DNA of 63,798 nt, the filler included, from Lenisia limosa (Eukaryota; Protista; Breviatea): assembly GCA_001655205.1 (NCBI GenBank). It is 12 parts of 12 records of this genome, joined end to end, with 100 filler letters (N's around TTAATTAATTAA, not from the genome) between each part and the next. Parts side by side here need not be neighbours in the genome. Positions count along the whole stretch, not along the records: positions 12,459 to 15,169 come from LPNZ01010440.1; positions 15,270 to 20,544 come from LPNZ01010588.1; positions 20,645 to 26,068 come from LPNZ01005138.1; 9 more parts are not named here. One strand, given 5' to 3'. Shown here piece by piece: positions 12,636 to 23,600 of the stretch. Positions within the stretch are counted from its first letter, which is position 1. Each line of letters starts with the position of its first letter. The notes under the pieces are model-generated. The model did no database searches. It was given only the letters and a program-made list of their open reading frames with translations, and had not been told where the DNA came from. Made by a program: the position numbers and the translations under genes.

Positions 12636-12723
12636 CAGGGCTTCACTTCGGTTCGAAAAAAGACTGAATTTCTCGATAAATTCGATATTTTACCGGTATT
12701 TTTCCAACCGAAGTGAAGCCCTA
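12636..12723. mobile_element. MITE family A
   Basis: GGGCTTCACTTCGGTTCGAAAAAAG...AACCGAAGTGAAGCCCTA. Confidence 0.9.
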
Positions 12724-12789
12724 ATTATATATCTCTACTACAAGCTATATAGAAATGAGAAAATAAGGCAGTATCTGGCCCCATCACGC

Positions 12790-14716
12790 TTATAAGAGAT
12801 ATTAGATTATTAATTTATCCTCACTGTGCAGGCACGCAGCGACTGTCAACTTCGTCAAAAACCTAAAAAGTGAAAATTGAAACGGGGGTGAAACTAAAGC
12901 AGTTTTATTTCAATTTCCCCTGGGTTTTGTTTTTGTTTATGTTGTTGTTTTTAGCCCTCGTGTGTCACTCAAATGCGAGCCAATTGAGTTGATTCAAAAG
13001 ATGTTTGTGTGGATTACAAGCAAAACCCAAACAAAAGATGAGTAAGGTTGACTAAAGACAAAATCGCCAAAAATGTGCCATTTTCACCCCCTCACCCTCA
13101 TAACCCCAATTAATAATCCTCCCATACTTATATGTATTGGCTTCATTTTCCCACCTTCGAAGTAGCCGCAACGGACTCGGAAATGCGAACAATGTAGTTA
13201 CCCGCGCCTGCGTTGAACGCATCCACTCTGACAGGTAAGTCATTTCACTTTTGTTCAAAAAAGACTGAATTTCTCAATTAATCTGACTGGGTAAGTCATT
13301 TCACTTGGAAATTTCGATGAAGATTATTGGCGTAAACGCACTAATCTACTCCAAACAAACAAAAGCAGTAACAAACAGTAAAACCAAGAAAATTTAGAAA
13401 TAAGACTGGTTTCTCAATCAATCCTCTAAAACTATCGATATTTCCCCGGTTTTTGAACCGAAGTGAAGCCCTAGTCAGGGGGTAGTGCAGGGAAATGTGA
13501 AAAACCTTCTTAGCAACAATGAAATCCAGCTGGAGCTTCACATCGGAAAAAAAACTGAATTTGTCGATAGATTCTCGACAACTATCGATATTTTCTTGAA
13601 ACGAAGTGAAGCCCTAATCCCAGCCCACCTGGAAGCGAAGTTGAAGCTCTCGTGCGAGGGGTCAGCGGCGGGGTCTGTTTTGCCCTCGGACACCAAGGAC
13701 TNNNNNNNNNNNNNNNNNNNNNNNNNNNNNNNNNNNNNNNNNNNNNNNNNNNNNNNNNNNNNNNNNNNNNNNNNNNNNNNNNNNNNNNAATGTGTGTTTA
13801 AAATTTTCAATCCGTGTGTATGTGTGTGAGTAAGTAGTAGGTTGACAGTTACGCGGGAGGAGAGCGGATTAAATCTGAACTGTGTGACAGCTTACCTTAT
13901 AAATACTGAGTCGAAGGTCGGCCGTAAGGAAGTCGAATTTGATAAGTGCCGAAATGGTCGCGTTTTCTCCGACCGTAACATGGATCGGATGGTGGCGGAG
14001 CTTGTCTTCGTCTGAAGTGGACTGGGGTGGAGGAGCGTTAGATAAAAAGGAGGGGAGAGTAAAATGGACAATTGATGAAACAAAATAATAACAATTATTA
14101 TTCCAGGGTACATTATGTAAAACTCTGTTTTGCGTGTCTCAAGGTACTGCCTACCCAAAACAACCAGAATAATAAAAATGTAACCAAAGTGTCCACGAGT
14201 CAATATCATAATTACTATTAAACTCCCAATACAGTCCCAAAATCACCCCAAATCACCCCCCCTCTCATCATTAAACTGCCATACAAAACCAAAAATACCC
14301 CAAAATGCCTTAAAACCAGAAATGCCTAATACAAAACAAAAAAAAACCAAAAAAAAAAAAANNNNNNNNNNNNNNNNNNNNNNNNNNNNNNNNNNNNNNN
14401 NNNNNNNNNNNNNNNNNNNNNNNNNNNNAATACCCCCAAAACGCCCACCCAGTCATCATCGCTAAACAGGAGCCGGTCAGAGTTGAAGAAGTCTACACCT
14501 GACACAGAGGAGTCCAGCTTCGAGGGCGGAAGCCTGTCGCTTGGCAGAATGGAGGGGCACGTGATTTCCTTGGGGTTTAGTGGGGAAAGAGGTTGTGAAT
14601 GTGGTTGGAAAAAGGTTGGGTATGATTGTCTACCATCCCACCTCTAAAATAACGCTGTAAGGCTCAATTGCAACTTCCATATCAAAGGTCGGGCATTCAA
14701 CGTCAGCAAGAAGGGA
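12790..14716 (-). CDS. Fragment of large, probably extracellular beta-sandwich repeat protein (PPC-like)
   Basis: Phase-consistent exons ~14452-14545, ~13897-14022 (VTVGENATISALIKFDFLTADLRLSIYK), ~13629-13700 and ~13154-13226 (AGAGNYIVRISES), with good GT-AG sites. The family assignment is weak. Confidence 0.45.
13243..13616. mobile_element. Cluster of three MITE A copies/fragments (13243-13283, 13380-13473, 13530-13616)
   Basis: Two copies end GAAGTGAAGCCCTA; all share the core sequence. Confidence 0.8.
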
Positions 14717-15269
14717 CATCCTAGGGAAGTGAACGGCGAAATACCCGGTTGTTCACTCAAATTTTACCAAGGACGTATGAATTAAGAAGGTAAATAAACT
14801 GTTGGCTGATAGATTATATGTATTACATATACTATACTACATGTACCGTACATGATATTTGAAAAAAATATTATACCCTTTGTTATTTTTTTTTTTTNNN
14901 NNNNNNNNNNNNNNNNNNNNNNNNNNNNNNNNNNNNNNNNNNNNNNNNNNNNNNNNNNNNNNNNNNNNNNNNNNNNNNNNNNNNNNNNNNNNTAAACTGT
15001 CTAGACTCATTATCATGAACCAATTGTTTTCCTTGTGTTTCCTTTCGGTTCCATTTTCTACTCAAGTGAAAGGCGAAATACCCTGTTCCTTAACTCGATT
15101 CTTACCAGAGGATATTATGTGTTGTTGTTCTTACCAACACAATAACTTAACAACCAAATCGTACTACCCNNNNNNNNNNNNNNNNNNNNNNNNNNNNNNN
15201 NNNNNNNNNNNNNTTAATTAATTAANNNNNNNNNNNNNNNNNNNNNNNNNNNNNNNNNNNNNNNNNNNN

Positions 15270-17047
15270 CAATGTACATGCAGAGATGGCTTCAGCGGAC
15301 CCGGTTGCAACCAAGCCCCCATCACTTGTCCCCATGTAAGGCAAATGAATGGAATTACTATTATATTATATATTTAATAAACGTGATGGTGTGGACGGCT
15401 TTAGCCAGATACAACCCTGTTTTTTTATTTCTCATTGCTATGAATATTTCGTAATGTGCATCTATATCTACAAAAGAGTATTTTCTGTTTTTATGTGTGT
15501 ATTACCTGACCTCTTCAGTGCAACGGACGTGGCAAGGCCTGCCGTATTCCCCAGGTCAGCTGCGAGACCCGCACCATGGTCCCTTGCGCTACCTGTATGG
15601 GGGGAGGGTAATGTATCCCTAACTTTTCCTTAACATAAAGGCAATACTAACCAATATGCCTTATCCTCATAAGCCTTAGCATAATAGGTGCTGTCGTTGT
15701 CACTCCCTAGTACAATCGTTAACATATTAGTTGACTCGTATATCCTTTATATGTCATTAGCCTTAAACATTGAATTGACATAAGTATGCCAGCCAGAGTA
15801 ACACATGCCAAGGGCTTCCCTATGGTTCCAATAAAGACTGATTTTTTCGATATATTACCGTTATTTTTCGGACCGTTTGCAACTCCTGCACTAGATAACC
15901 GTTATTAACCGATCAGGTGGAGCATCTGGCAAGGTCAGTGCTGACCATAAGGCATGCTTCAAGTGGTGGGAGAGGGGTTCTTTGCTTTACTACGTACTAC
16001 GTGTACGGCTTTATTTCCATTCGGGAAAATATCGATAGTTTTATCGCTGCCTTGCTCTTGATATTAAACGCCTCTTCCCCAGGTGTACGTGTAACAATTA
16101 AAGCCTAGTACCCCTTTGTCACAACGGTCACATCAACATTTTCTCTCCCTTGCTCTTCGTCACCTTTTTTTTTTTTGCAGCTTCTCTGTGTTATCTTGCT
16201 TTTTTGTTTTTCTTTTTCTTTTTTTTTTTTTTCATAAAAAATGNNNNNNNNNNNNNNNNNNNNNNNNNNNNNNNNNNNNNNNNNNNNNNNNNNNNNNNNN
16301 NNNNNNNNNNNNNNNNNNNNNNNNNNNNNNNNNNNNNNNNNNNNNNNNNNNNNNNNNNNNNNNNNNNNNNNNNNNNNNNNNNNNNNNNNNNNNNNNNNNN
16401 NNNNNNNNGGGCGATTGGCCTGGGATTTTTTTGTTTTGTTTTTGCTTTCCACTTTTGTCAGCCAATCAATAGAGTTGATTTTGGTCTTCTTTTTTTTGTT
16501 TCAAAAATTTTCCAACTTTACTCTCCCCACCCCCCATTGCCAGTTCCTTCTTCCCTCAGCTTTCCAGTGCCTCCCCAGCATATCAATTCACCCAATCATT
16601 TGCCCTATAACTCTGTGTATCCATTATTTATGTATTCAGATGCGGTACCTGCAGAGGACATGGATATGTCATTGCTCATGGCAAGGTGGAGGGGGAGGGG
16701 TAAAATGTTGTTACTTCTTTATTTAATAAAAATATATGTTAGTTCTATAGATATCATGAGAAAGTAAAAATAATAATAATGGCAGAAACGTGGTGTTATT
16801 TCGTACTATGTAAAGGCTGAGGGACACAAAATATTCCCTTGGTTTTTTTTTTTTGTTGTTGTTTTTTTTTTATTTATTTCTTGGACCAAGAAATAATATC
16901 CTTTAAAAACCTGGGGAAACAAGTAAATTCACTTATCCATTCCAGACCCAAGCTTGCGCGTCCTGCAGAGGCACTGGTATCCAACCTGGAACCTTCGACC
17001 TTCATCACGACCACCACCATAACCATCACGATCATGTGCATTACTAA
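15270..17047 (+). CDS. EGF-like + CxxCxGxG zinc-finger repeats + His-rich C-terminal tail, 5' truncated
   Basis: Exons 15270-15335 (QCTCRDGFSGPGCNQAPITCPH), 15519-15594 (CNGRG...PCAT), 15917-~15965 (CGASG...CFK), ~16639-16684 (CGTCRGHG) and 16946-17047 (CASCRGTG...LHHDHHHNHHDHVHY*). Confidence 0.75.
15821..15888. mobile_element. MITE A variant (AGGGCTTCCCTA terminus)
   Basis: AGGGCTTCCCTATGGTTCCAATAAAGACTGA..., internally shortened. Confidence 0.6.
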
Positions 17048-17612
17048 GTTGCCTCGGCAACTGTTAATTCAGCTGCTGCCTATATTATGCAATGTTTTTC
17101 TTCTTAGAGTGGGGGGGGGGGGTTGACAAGGCGGCAGTCTCTGGATGAACCCAATGCTGGGGAGACCCACAAAGCTGTGTACAAGTTGTAATGCAAATGA
17201 TTGGGTGAATTAATAACTCTAACTCAAAATATCTCTGATAAGCGTGATGGTCTGGACGGCGTCGGCCAGAAATACAACCTTGTTTTACTTCCCCTCTCTC
17301 AATATTTTTCTTCTTTGAGTGGCAGGGGACAAATCATTAGAAGCATTTTGTCAGACTTGTGGGCGTTTTTTGTGGCTTAAAACATTACGTCCATACAATG
17401 GCAAAACTACAAAACCGTCACAAAAATAAATGTGTACTGAATAAGTTGTGTAAAGGGATATGATATTGTAATATATTAACCTATATCAACTAGAGATATG
17501 ATCATATGTCCAACATTCGCAGTGATGAACGAAGATAACAAGAGAATTCCCTCCCTCCAATAAGAGTATAAGAGTACGCTTGGACAAAAATAATTATATT
17601 GACACTTCCAAC

Positions 17613-17708
17613 TAGGGTTTCACTTCGGTTCGAAAAGCACACTAAAATATCGATTGTTCGAGGATTATCGAAAAATTCAGTCTTTTTTTGAACCGAAGTG
17701 AAGCCCTA
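17613..17708. mobile_element. MITE family A, intergenic
   Basis: TAGGGTTTCACTTCGGTTCGAAAA...GAACCGAAGTGAAGCCCTA. Confidence 0.9.
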
Positions 17709-18008
17709 CTTCCAACTTCCAACAGGAGCTTTATACCCAATGTGTTATTTAGGAAGTTATTTTTTATATGAAGTAGAAAGCTGCGTGACATTGACCATCA
17801 ATAGTTTACACATTATACACTCTTCAATCCAGACCACTTCAAGCTATTCTTCGCAGCCGACACTCCGAAGATTCGCTCTCAATTCTCTCAACCCCCCCCC
17901 NNNNNNNNNNNNNNNNNNNNNNNNNNNNNNNNNNNNNNNNNNNNNNNNNNNNNNNNNNNNNNNNNNNNNNNNNNNNNNNNNTATATCTTCAACCCAGACC
18001 ACTTCAAA

Positions 18009-18460
18009 CTATTCTTGGCAGCCGACACTCCGAAGACACGCGGCGGTTTCTAACTGTTCATTGCCATTGGCCCATTTCAACAGTGTGTCTCCATACTATC
18101 TGGTGGCTATGCCCATTTTAAGTTCAAGAAAATATCTATTCTGTATCTAGGCACTAGTCGGTTGAAATTTTTAATAAAATGAGTCCCCATTATATATCCC
18201 TTTGAAGTCCTACCATTTTGATGTTCCGGTCAGCTCCAACCTCAATCAAAAGCCGACAACAGTCCGTATGGCTCTAGAGGAAACGTAAGCGGGATATTTG
18301 AATACCGAAACTAATACCTCAATCAAAACTCCCCTTATTCCATACACCAAGGCGCCCATACACTTCTATCCCTCCATACTGCAGTGCTGGTTTAACGTTA
18401 GGGTTTGGCATTGAACTTCACCATAGACAGGATGGGGAGTGTTCGGGGTGTCCAGAGCAT
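18009..18460 (-). CDS. Small ankyrin-repeat protein, start uncertain
   Basis: Exons 18214-18273 (SHTDCCRLLIEVGADRNIKM) and 18009-18095 (YGDTLLKWANGNEQLETAACLRSVGCQE*) match the ankyrin consensus. Upstream mini-exons lie at ~18363-18385 and ~18420-18460. Confidence 0.7.
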
Positions 18461-18819
18461 TGCTGAAGAAGGGAAGAAGGAAAATGATATTTGTATTGTA
18501 TAGAGATTATATTTGTCTATAAGTCTATAAGTGTGAGGGTGTTACTGGGGTGTGAGGGTGGGTGTGAGGGTTAGATGTAAGGAGATAGAAATATGGAATT
18601 TGTGCATTATCCATCCAGTATCCCCCACAAATTGCGCCCGGGGAAAATATGGAGATTTTTGCGTGAACAACAAAGCCATAATTGAGCAATAAAGCCAAGC
18701 CCAATAGCGCATAGCCTTATATATATTGAGCGTATGTATAATCAAACATTGACCAAGAGAGAGGGATAAATAGCATGTAAGTTTTGATTTGCGTGAAGCT
18801 GAAAACCACTTAAAACATA

Positions 18820-20174
18820 ATGGAATCTGATTCATTTGTCTGCAAAGTGCTTAATGGCGATACATTGAAGACATTCAAGGCGAACTACTCGCTATCTGGT
18901 GAGTTATGTCTTTAATCTCTAAACCTTCAACTCCCCAGTCGAGGAGTTCCATGCCAGAGTCATCAAAAAGTTCAAAATCACAGAAGGAGACCAATATGCC
19001 TTGTTTCTTAAGCCAAGACGGGTGGGTTCACCATGGTCCGCTAGACTTACTCATCTCTCTTAGGGTGTCCCCGGCAAGTGGCTGAAGGAGGGAGCTACGC
19101 TTAAGGACTCTCATTTTAAGCCTTCAATGGTTTGGTGTCATGTTCTGTTTCCCTCTTTTCCGATGATAGTGATCATTATCCTATCTCCAAAACGTGCTAT
19201 GTTTGTACTCGATGACGAAAAAGGAATTTTAGCATTTCGGATGTGACTAGTTATGATGCGACAGAACACTGAACACCCATAGATACCTTTTTGAGTTCGC
19301 ATTTCTACATATTGTCATTCCCCCGATCCTTCAACCGAGGATGATCATAACTTAGAGGACCAGACTAGATTCCGACTTCAACCCTGTAATAGGACCAAAC
19401 TTAAGTCGAATCTGGTCTGGTCTTAATAATCCCCTTAACATAGCCAAAGAAGCTGGATCATAAAATATCCTGTGCCTAGTATCGTCTAAGTCCCTGTGAG
19501 TGCACAAGACCCACCCATCATAACATCACATCAACCTGAAAAATTCACTGTTTCCTATTATTGTATTCGAATATGACCCAAAAACATCCTTGACATGGGC
19601 AATTGAATTGTCGAATGTGTCCAAATAGTGTCCAACCCTCAGCGGCATAAACCTTGATACGTAAATGACGGTTCAGGACATGTTTGAGTTGCGTCGACGC
19701 ATTCGGACGTTGCGTGTCATGCTCAAGGGCGGTCGTTCTAAAATGATCTTCATTGATGAAATGTCCGGGGGGTGACTTGGTTGCCTGTGTGATAACAGTA
19801 TTTCTAACTTGTTTTTATCTCTTGTTTGAGTTAATTTCATGATTACACATGCAAAGATGGGCGATTATTGTGTCTTCTAAAAAAATTGCACCACTTTAAA
19901 ATGTACTGTTTCAGATTATATCATTGAAAAATGCTCATGATAGTCTGCCTAGTATGAATAGAGACTTTACTGCACAAAAATGATAATAGATGCTTGGTTG
20001 AAATCCTATCTTAAAAGTCCAGCTATAGATTTTTTTTTTGAAACGCCGTTCTTTTTCAGTCCTTTTCCTCATAATGCAGGATGACAGTGGAGGAGCTCAT
20101 CCCGGTTGTGAGGAACAGAGTGGGTAGTGAGAACGCTCGAAGGATCGAAGAAGTTCTGGCCGACTCAGTTCGAG
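18820..20174 (+). CDS. Talin-like FERM F0-F1 ubiquitin-fold protein, 3' truncated
   Basis: Exons 18820-18898, 18939-19021, 19064-19129, 19677-~19762 and 20080-20174 give MESDSFVCKVLNGDTLKTFK...YALFLKPRRGVPGKWLKEGATL...DMFELRRRIRTLRVMLKGGRSKMIFIDE..TVEELI. This parallels the talin F0/F1 pattern (GLFL..GIWLE.G.TL..DTMEYRKKQRPLKIRMLDG.VKTIMVDD). Confidence 0.7.
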
Positions 20175-20214
20175 GTATGTCAAGGATTAGTTGTGTTGCG
20201 AAAAGGACCTCCCT

Positions 20215-20544
20215 TTCTAATAACCCTCCATTCCAACATAACTGTGTTGACATCATCATAACCCTCTATCAAGCATAACTGTGTTGACATCATCATAACC
20301 CTCTATCAAGCATAACTGTATTGACATCATCATAACCCTCTATCAAGCATAACTGTCTTGACATCATCATAACCCTCTATCAAGCATAACTGTATTGACA
20401 TCATCATAACCCTCTATCAAGCATAACTGTATTGACATCTCATCATAACCCTCCATTCCAACATAACTGTATTGACATCATCATAACCCTCTATCAAGCA
20501 TAACTGTATTGACATCATCATAACCCTCTATCAAGCATAACTGT
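20215..20544. repeat. 37-bp minisatellite, about 9 copies, intronic
   Basis: Unit CATAACTGTATTGACATCATCATAACCCTCTATCAAG repeated head-to-tail with no spacers up to the contig end. Confidence 0.95.
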
Positions 20545-20659
20545 NNNNNNNNNNNNNNNNNNNNNNNNNNNNNNNNNNNNNNNNNNNNTTAATTAATTAA
20601 NNNNNNNNNNNNNNNNNNNNNNNNNNNNNNNNNNNNNNNNNNNNTTACTACATAGTATA

Positions 20660-23600
20660 TATATCATAAATTTTTAAACGACTTATGCTTGATAAGAGAT
20701 TGATATTCGGATTCACATTTCAGTCACCAGGGCTTTTTTGGTACGATTCAACACGATCTATGATGATATAGGCAAGGCATACGGGAGACTTTAGAGGGGA
20801 TGGGCGCTTCAGTAACGGATAATCTGCATGGAACTGGTAACTTGGAGGATGGTGATGCGACCTGATTGGTTAACAAATGGCCATTGTTAGTGGTTAAGCT
20901 TCACTTCGAATGTTACAAGACATACCTTCTTGGAGGTGGGTGATGATGTCTTAAAGTTGTCTTGCTGCTGGGGTTAACAAAAATGATAAGAAACAAGCGT
21001 TCTCTATCCCCCCCCCCCTTCATACCTCAGTGAATTGAGCCGTGTCATACGTAGACGAAGCGAACGGAGACGGGACCATTGGAGAAGACGCAGCACTATG
21101 GAACGACCCTGTGGAACTTCGCCGAGGGCTTTCAACTGGAAAATAATTAGCACACGAAAGAAAATACCCTTGGAGGGGAAAATAATTAAGACAATGAGCA
21201 AATAATGAATTAACTGCAATCTTGTTTTTAAAAGTAAAATGTCCAACAAAACAATTAAAAAAAATAATAGGACAATATGGTGATTTATTTGGAATTTTCT
21301 TGATCGAAATAAATTTTATCTGTACTTTTTTTTAATTTTTTTTTAATTTTTTGTAATTCCTTGCAATTAATAATTGAAATTTCAAAAAATAATATGAAAA
21401 AATTTTAATCGCAAAATTAATTGCACAGAGGGCGAGAAATAATAATAACAATTATCGTAGCTACCATGAACGCTAGTAAACATTGTATGGCAATATAGGT
21501 CTGCTAACAACACTCAGCATACATGGGGTACTTTTGGCAGGTGTGGGACTCCTATGTGGCCGGGAAAGTGCTGGTTCAGGGCTTGAGGACGGGCGGCGCA
21601 GAAGGGGAGGAGTTGCAAAGGCCTGTCGTAACGTGACTCGCAGCCCAACAGGGTTTCCGAAAAATGTTGATAGTGTATCATACTCTCATAAAATAAATGA
21701 GTAATACTTAACAATGCCATCCTCCGAGTAATCCGCATTGCTTACTTTTCTTGGTGGAGGGCTTGGGGAACGAAGGGCCCCAGTTGGACTAATAGTAGGT
21801 CGTCGTGGAACCTGGGGGTAAGTTGGTGCCATCTGGCTCAGATTCTGAGGTTTAAACAAAGACAAAATAAAAAAACTGTTGCTATTGGGAACTTGGGAAT
21901 GTGCGCACTAAATAATGGCAAAATATCATTTTGGTTATTGTTTCAAAGCAAGTATCCTATGTCAATTGACCTCTCGGAACTTCCCAAAAATCTCTTGTAT
22001 AGTGTTTGATCTGTTGATCTAGGCCCAGGCGCACCTCCTGAGGGCCAGTGGGGCTGACGGTTCGACGGATGGCAGGCTCCGGGCTTCGTGACGGCCGCAC
22101 AAGGAACGACGGCGCAATGAATGAGCCTCGGTCGGCAGGGGAGTCTGGGGGGCGGGGTAAATGGGAGTGTGGAGAAGAAAACTTAGATCTTATTATTACA
22201 TTGACACAGCACTTCATTTCAAAAAAAGACCAGAAAATATCAGCCCCGAATACTGGGCATGACTGCCGGAGAGAGAGGCGACCGGCTGAGGCTTGAGGAC
22301 GGAACAATCATTCCGGGACTGAGGGGGGGGGGGGNNNNNNNNNNNNNNNNNNNNNNNNNNNNNNNNNNNNNNNNNNNNNNNNNNNNNNNNNNNNNNNNNN
22401 NNNNNNNNNNNNNNNNNNNNNNNNNNNNNNNNNNNNNNNNNNNNNNNNNNNNNNNNNNNNNNNNNNNNNNNNNNNNNNNNNNNNNNNNNNNNNNNNNATG
22501 GTGGCGGAGACATTACAACCCGGCCCGGGGATGGTGACGACGAAACACGCTGCAGAATAGCGTTAATTGATTAACTGACAACCAGCAACACATTCCAAGT
22601 CAATTCTTAGTCCTTATCAGGCTGATATTAAACTTTTATGATGTATTGAGACGTTCAGTTTCTGGGATAAAGCCAGAACTACCACACTGTATTTCTCTAT
22701 GGTGGATTTTTTCACCGACCTGATGGGATGTGCTTGACTCAGCAAAACGTTCCCACATGCTTATCAGCCCCGCTGTCTTTTTACCCTAAGTCATGATGAG
22801 ACATTACAATTGTTAAATGAACGCACATCAGTAAGTTTTGAAGAAAAATAATAGCATTTAAAAAACACAGTCATACGCACAAATATCCTTTAAAATATAT
22901 CTGTTCACATTATTGAAAATGGGCCTACCTTTGGTTGGTTGTCAGTATCATCCATTGAATGCCTCTTGAGAATGGCCGGGAATGGGTCTCCAGAAGCTTC
23001 AGCTCGTAGACCTTCATGACCCTCAGCAAACTCTGCAGCTTTCTCCGCTCTTTTCTGTTCCTCTTCTTTGACACGCTCTTGTTCTTCCTTTTCCAGTCTC
23101 TCTTTTTCTTTCTCTTCTTGCATTGCCTTCTCTGCTTCCATTCTTCGTTCATCCTCTTGCTTCTTTAATTTGGCTAATTCTTCTTCTTCCTCTCTCCTTT
23201 GTCTTTCCTCTTTCTCCTTTTCAATTCGTTCTTCTTCTTTTCTCTTCTTTTCTTCCTCCTTCTTCCTTTCAGCTTCTTTCATCTTCATTATTACCTCCTC
23301 TTCTTTCTTCTTTCTTTCTTCTTCTTCCTTTCTCTTCCTTTCTTCTTCATCCTTCTTCTTTCTTCCTGCTTCTTCCTTCTTCACCCTTTCTTCTTCCTCC
23401 TTCTTCTTTCGTTCAGCTTCTTCCTTCTTCACCCTTTCCTCTTCCTCTTTCTTCTTTCGTTCTGCTTCTTCAATTTTCTTCTTTTCTTCTTCATTCTTCC
23501 TTCTTTCCTCTTCCTCTATCCTCCTTCTTTCCTCCTCTTCCTTTCTCTTTCTTTCTACTGTTTCTTTCCTCTTTCTCTCTTCTTCTTTCTTCTTCTTTTT

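Noticed and set aside
13154-13226. SH2-like reading of GAGNYIVRISES, or a plus-strand exon ending CAG|GTAAGT
   Set aside because: Neighbouring exons are phase-consistent on the minus strand and look like a beta-sandwich repeat; no other SH2 motifs are present.
20215-20544. 37-bp repeats as a CRISPR array
   Set aside because: Units are head-to-tail with no unique spacers, the context is a eukaryotic intron, and no cas genes are present.
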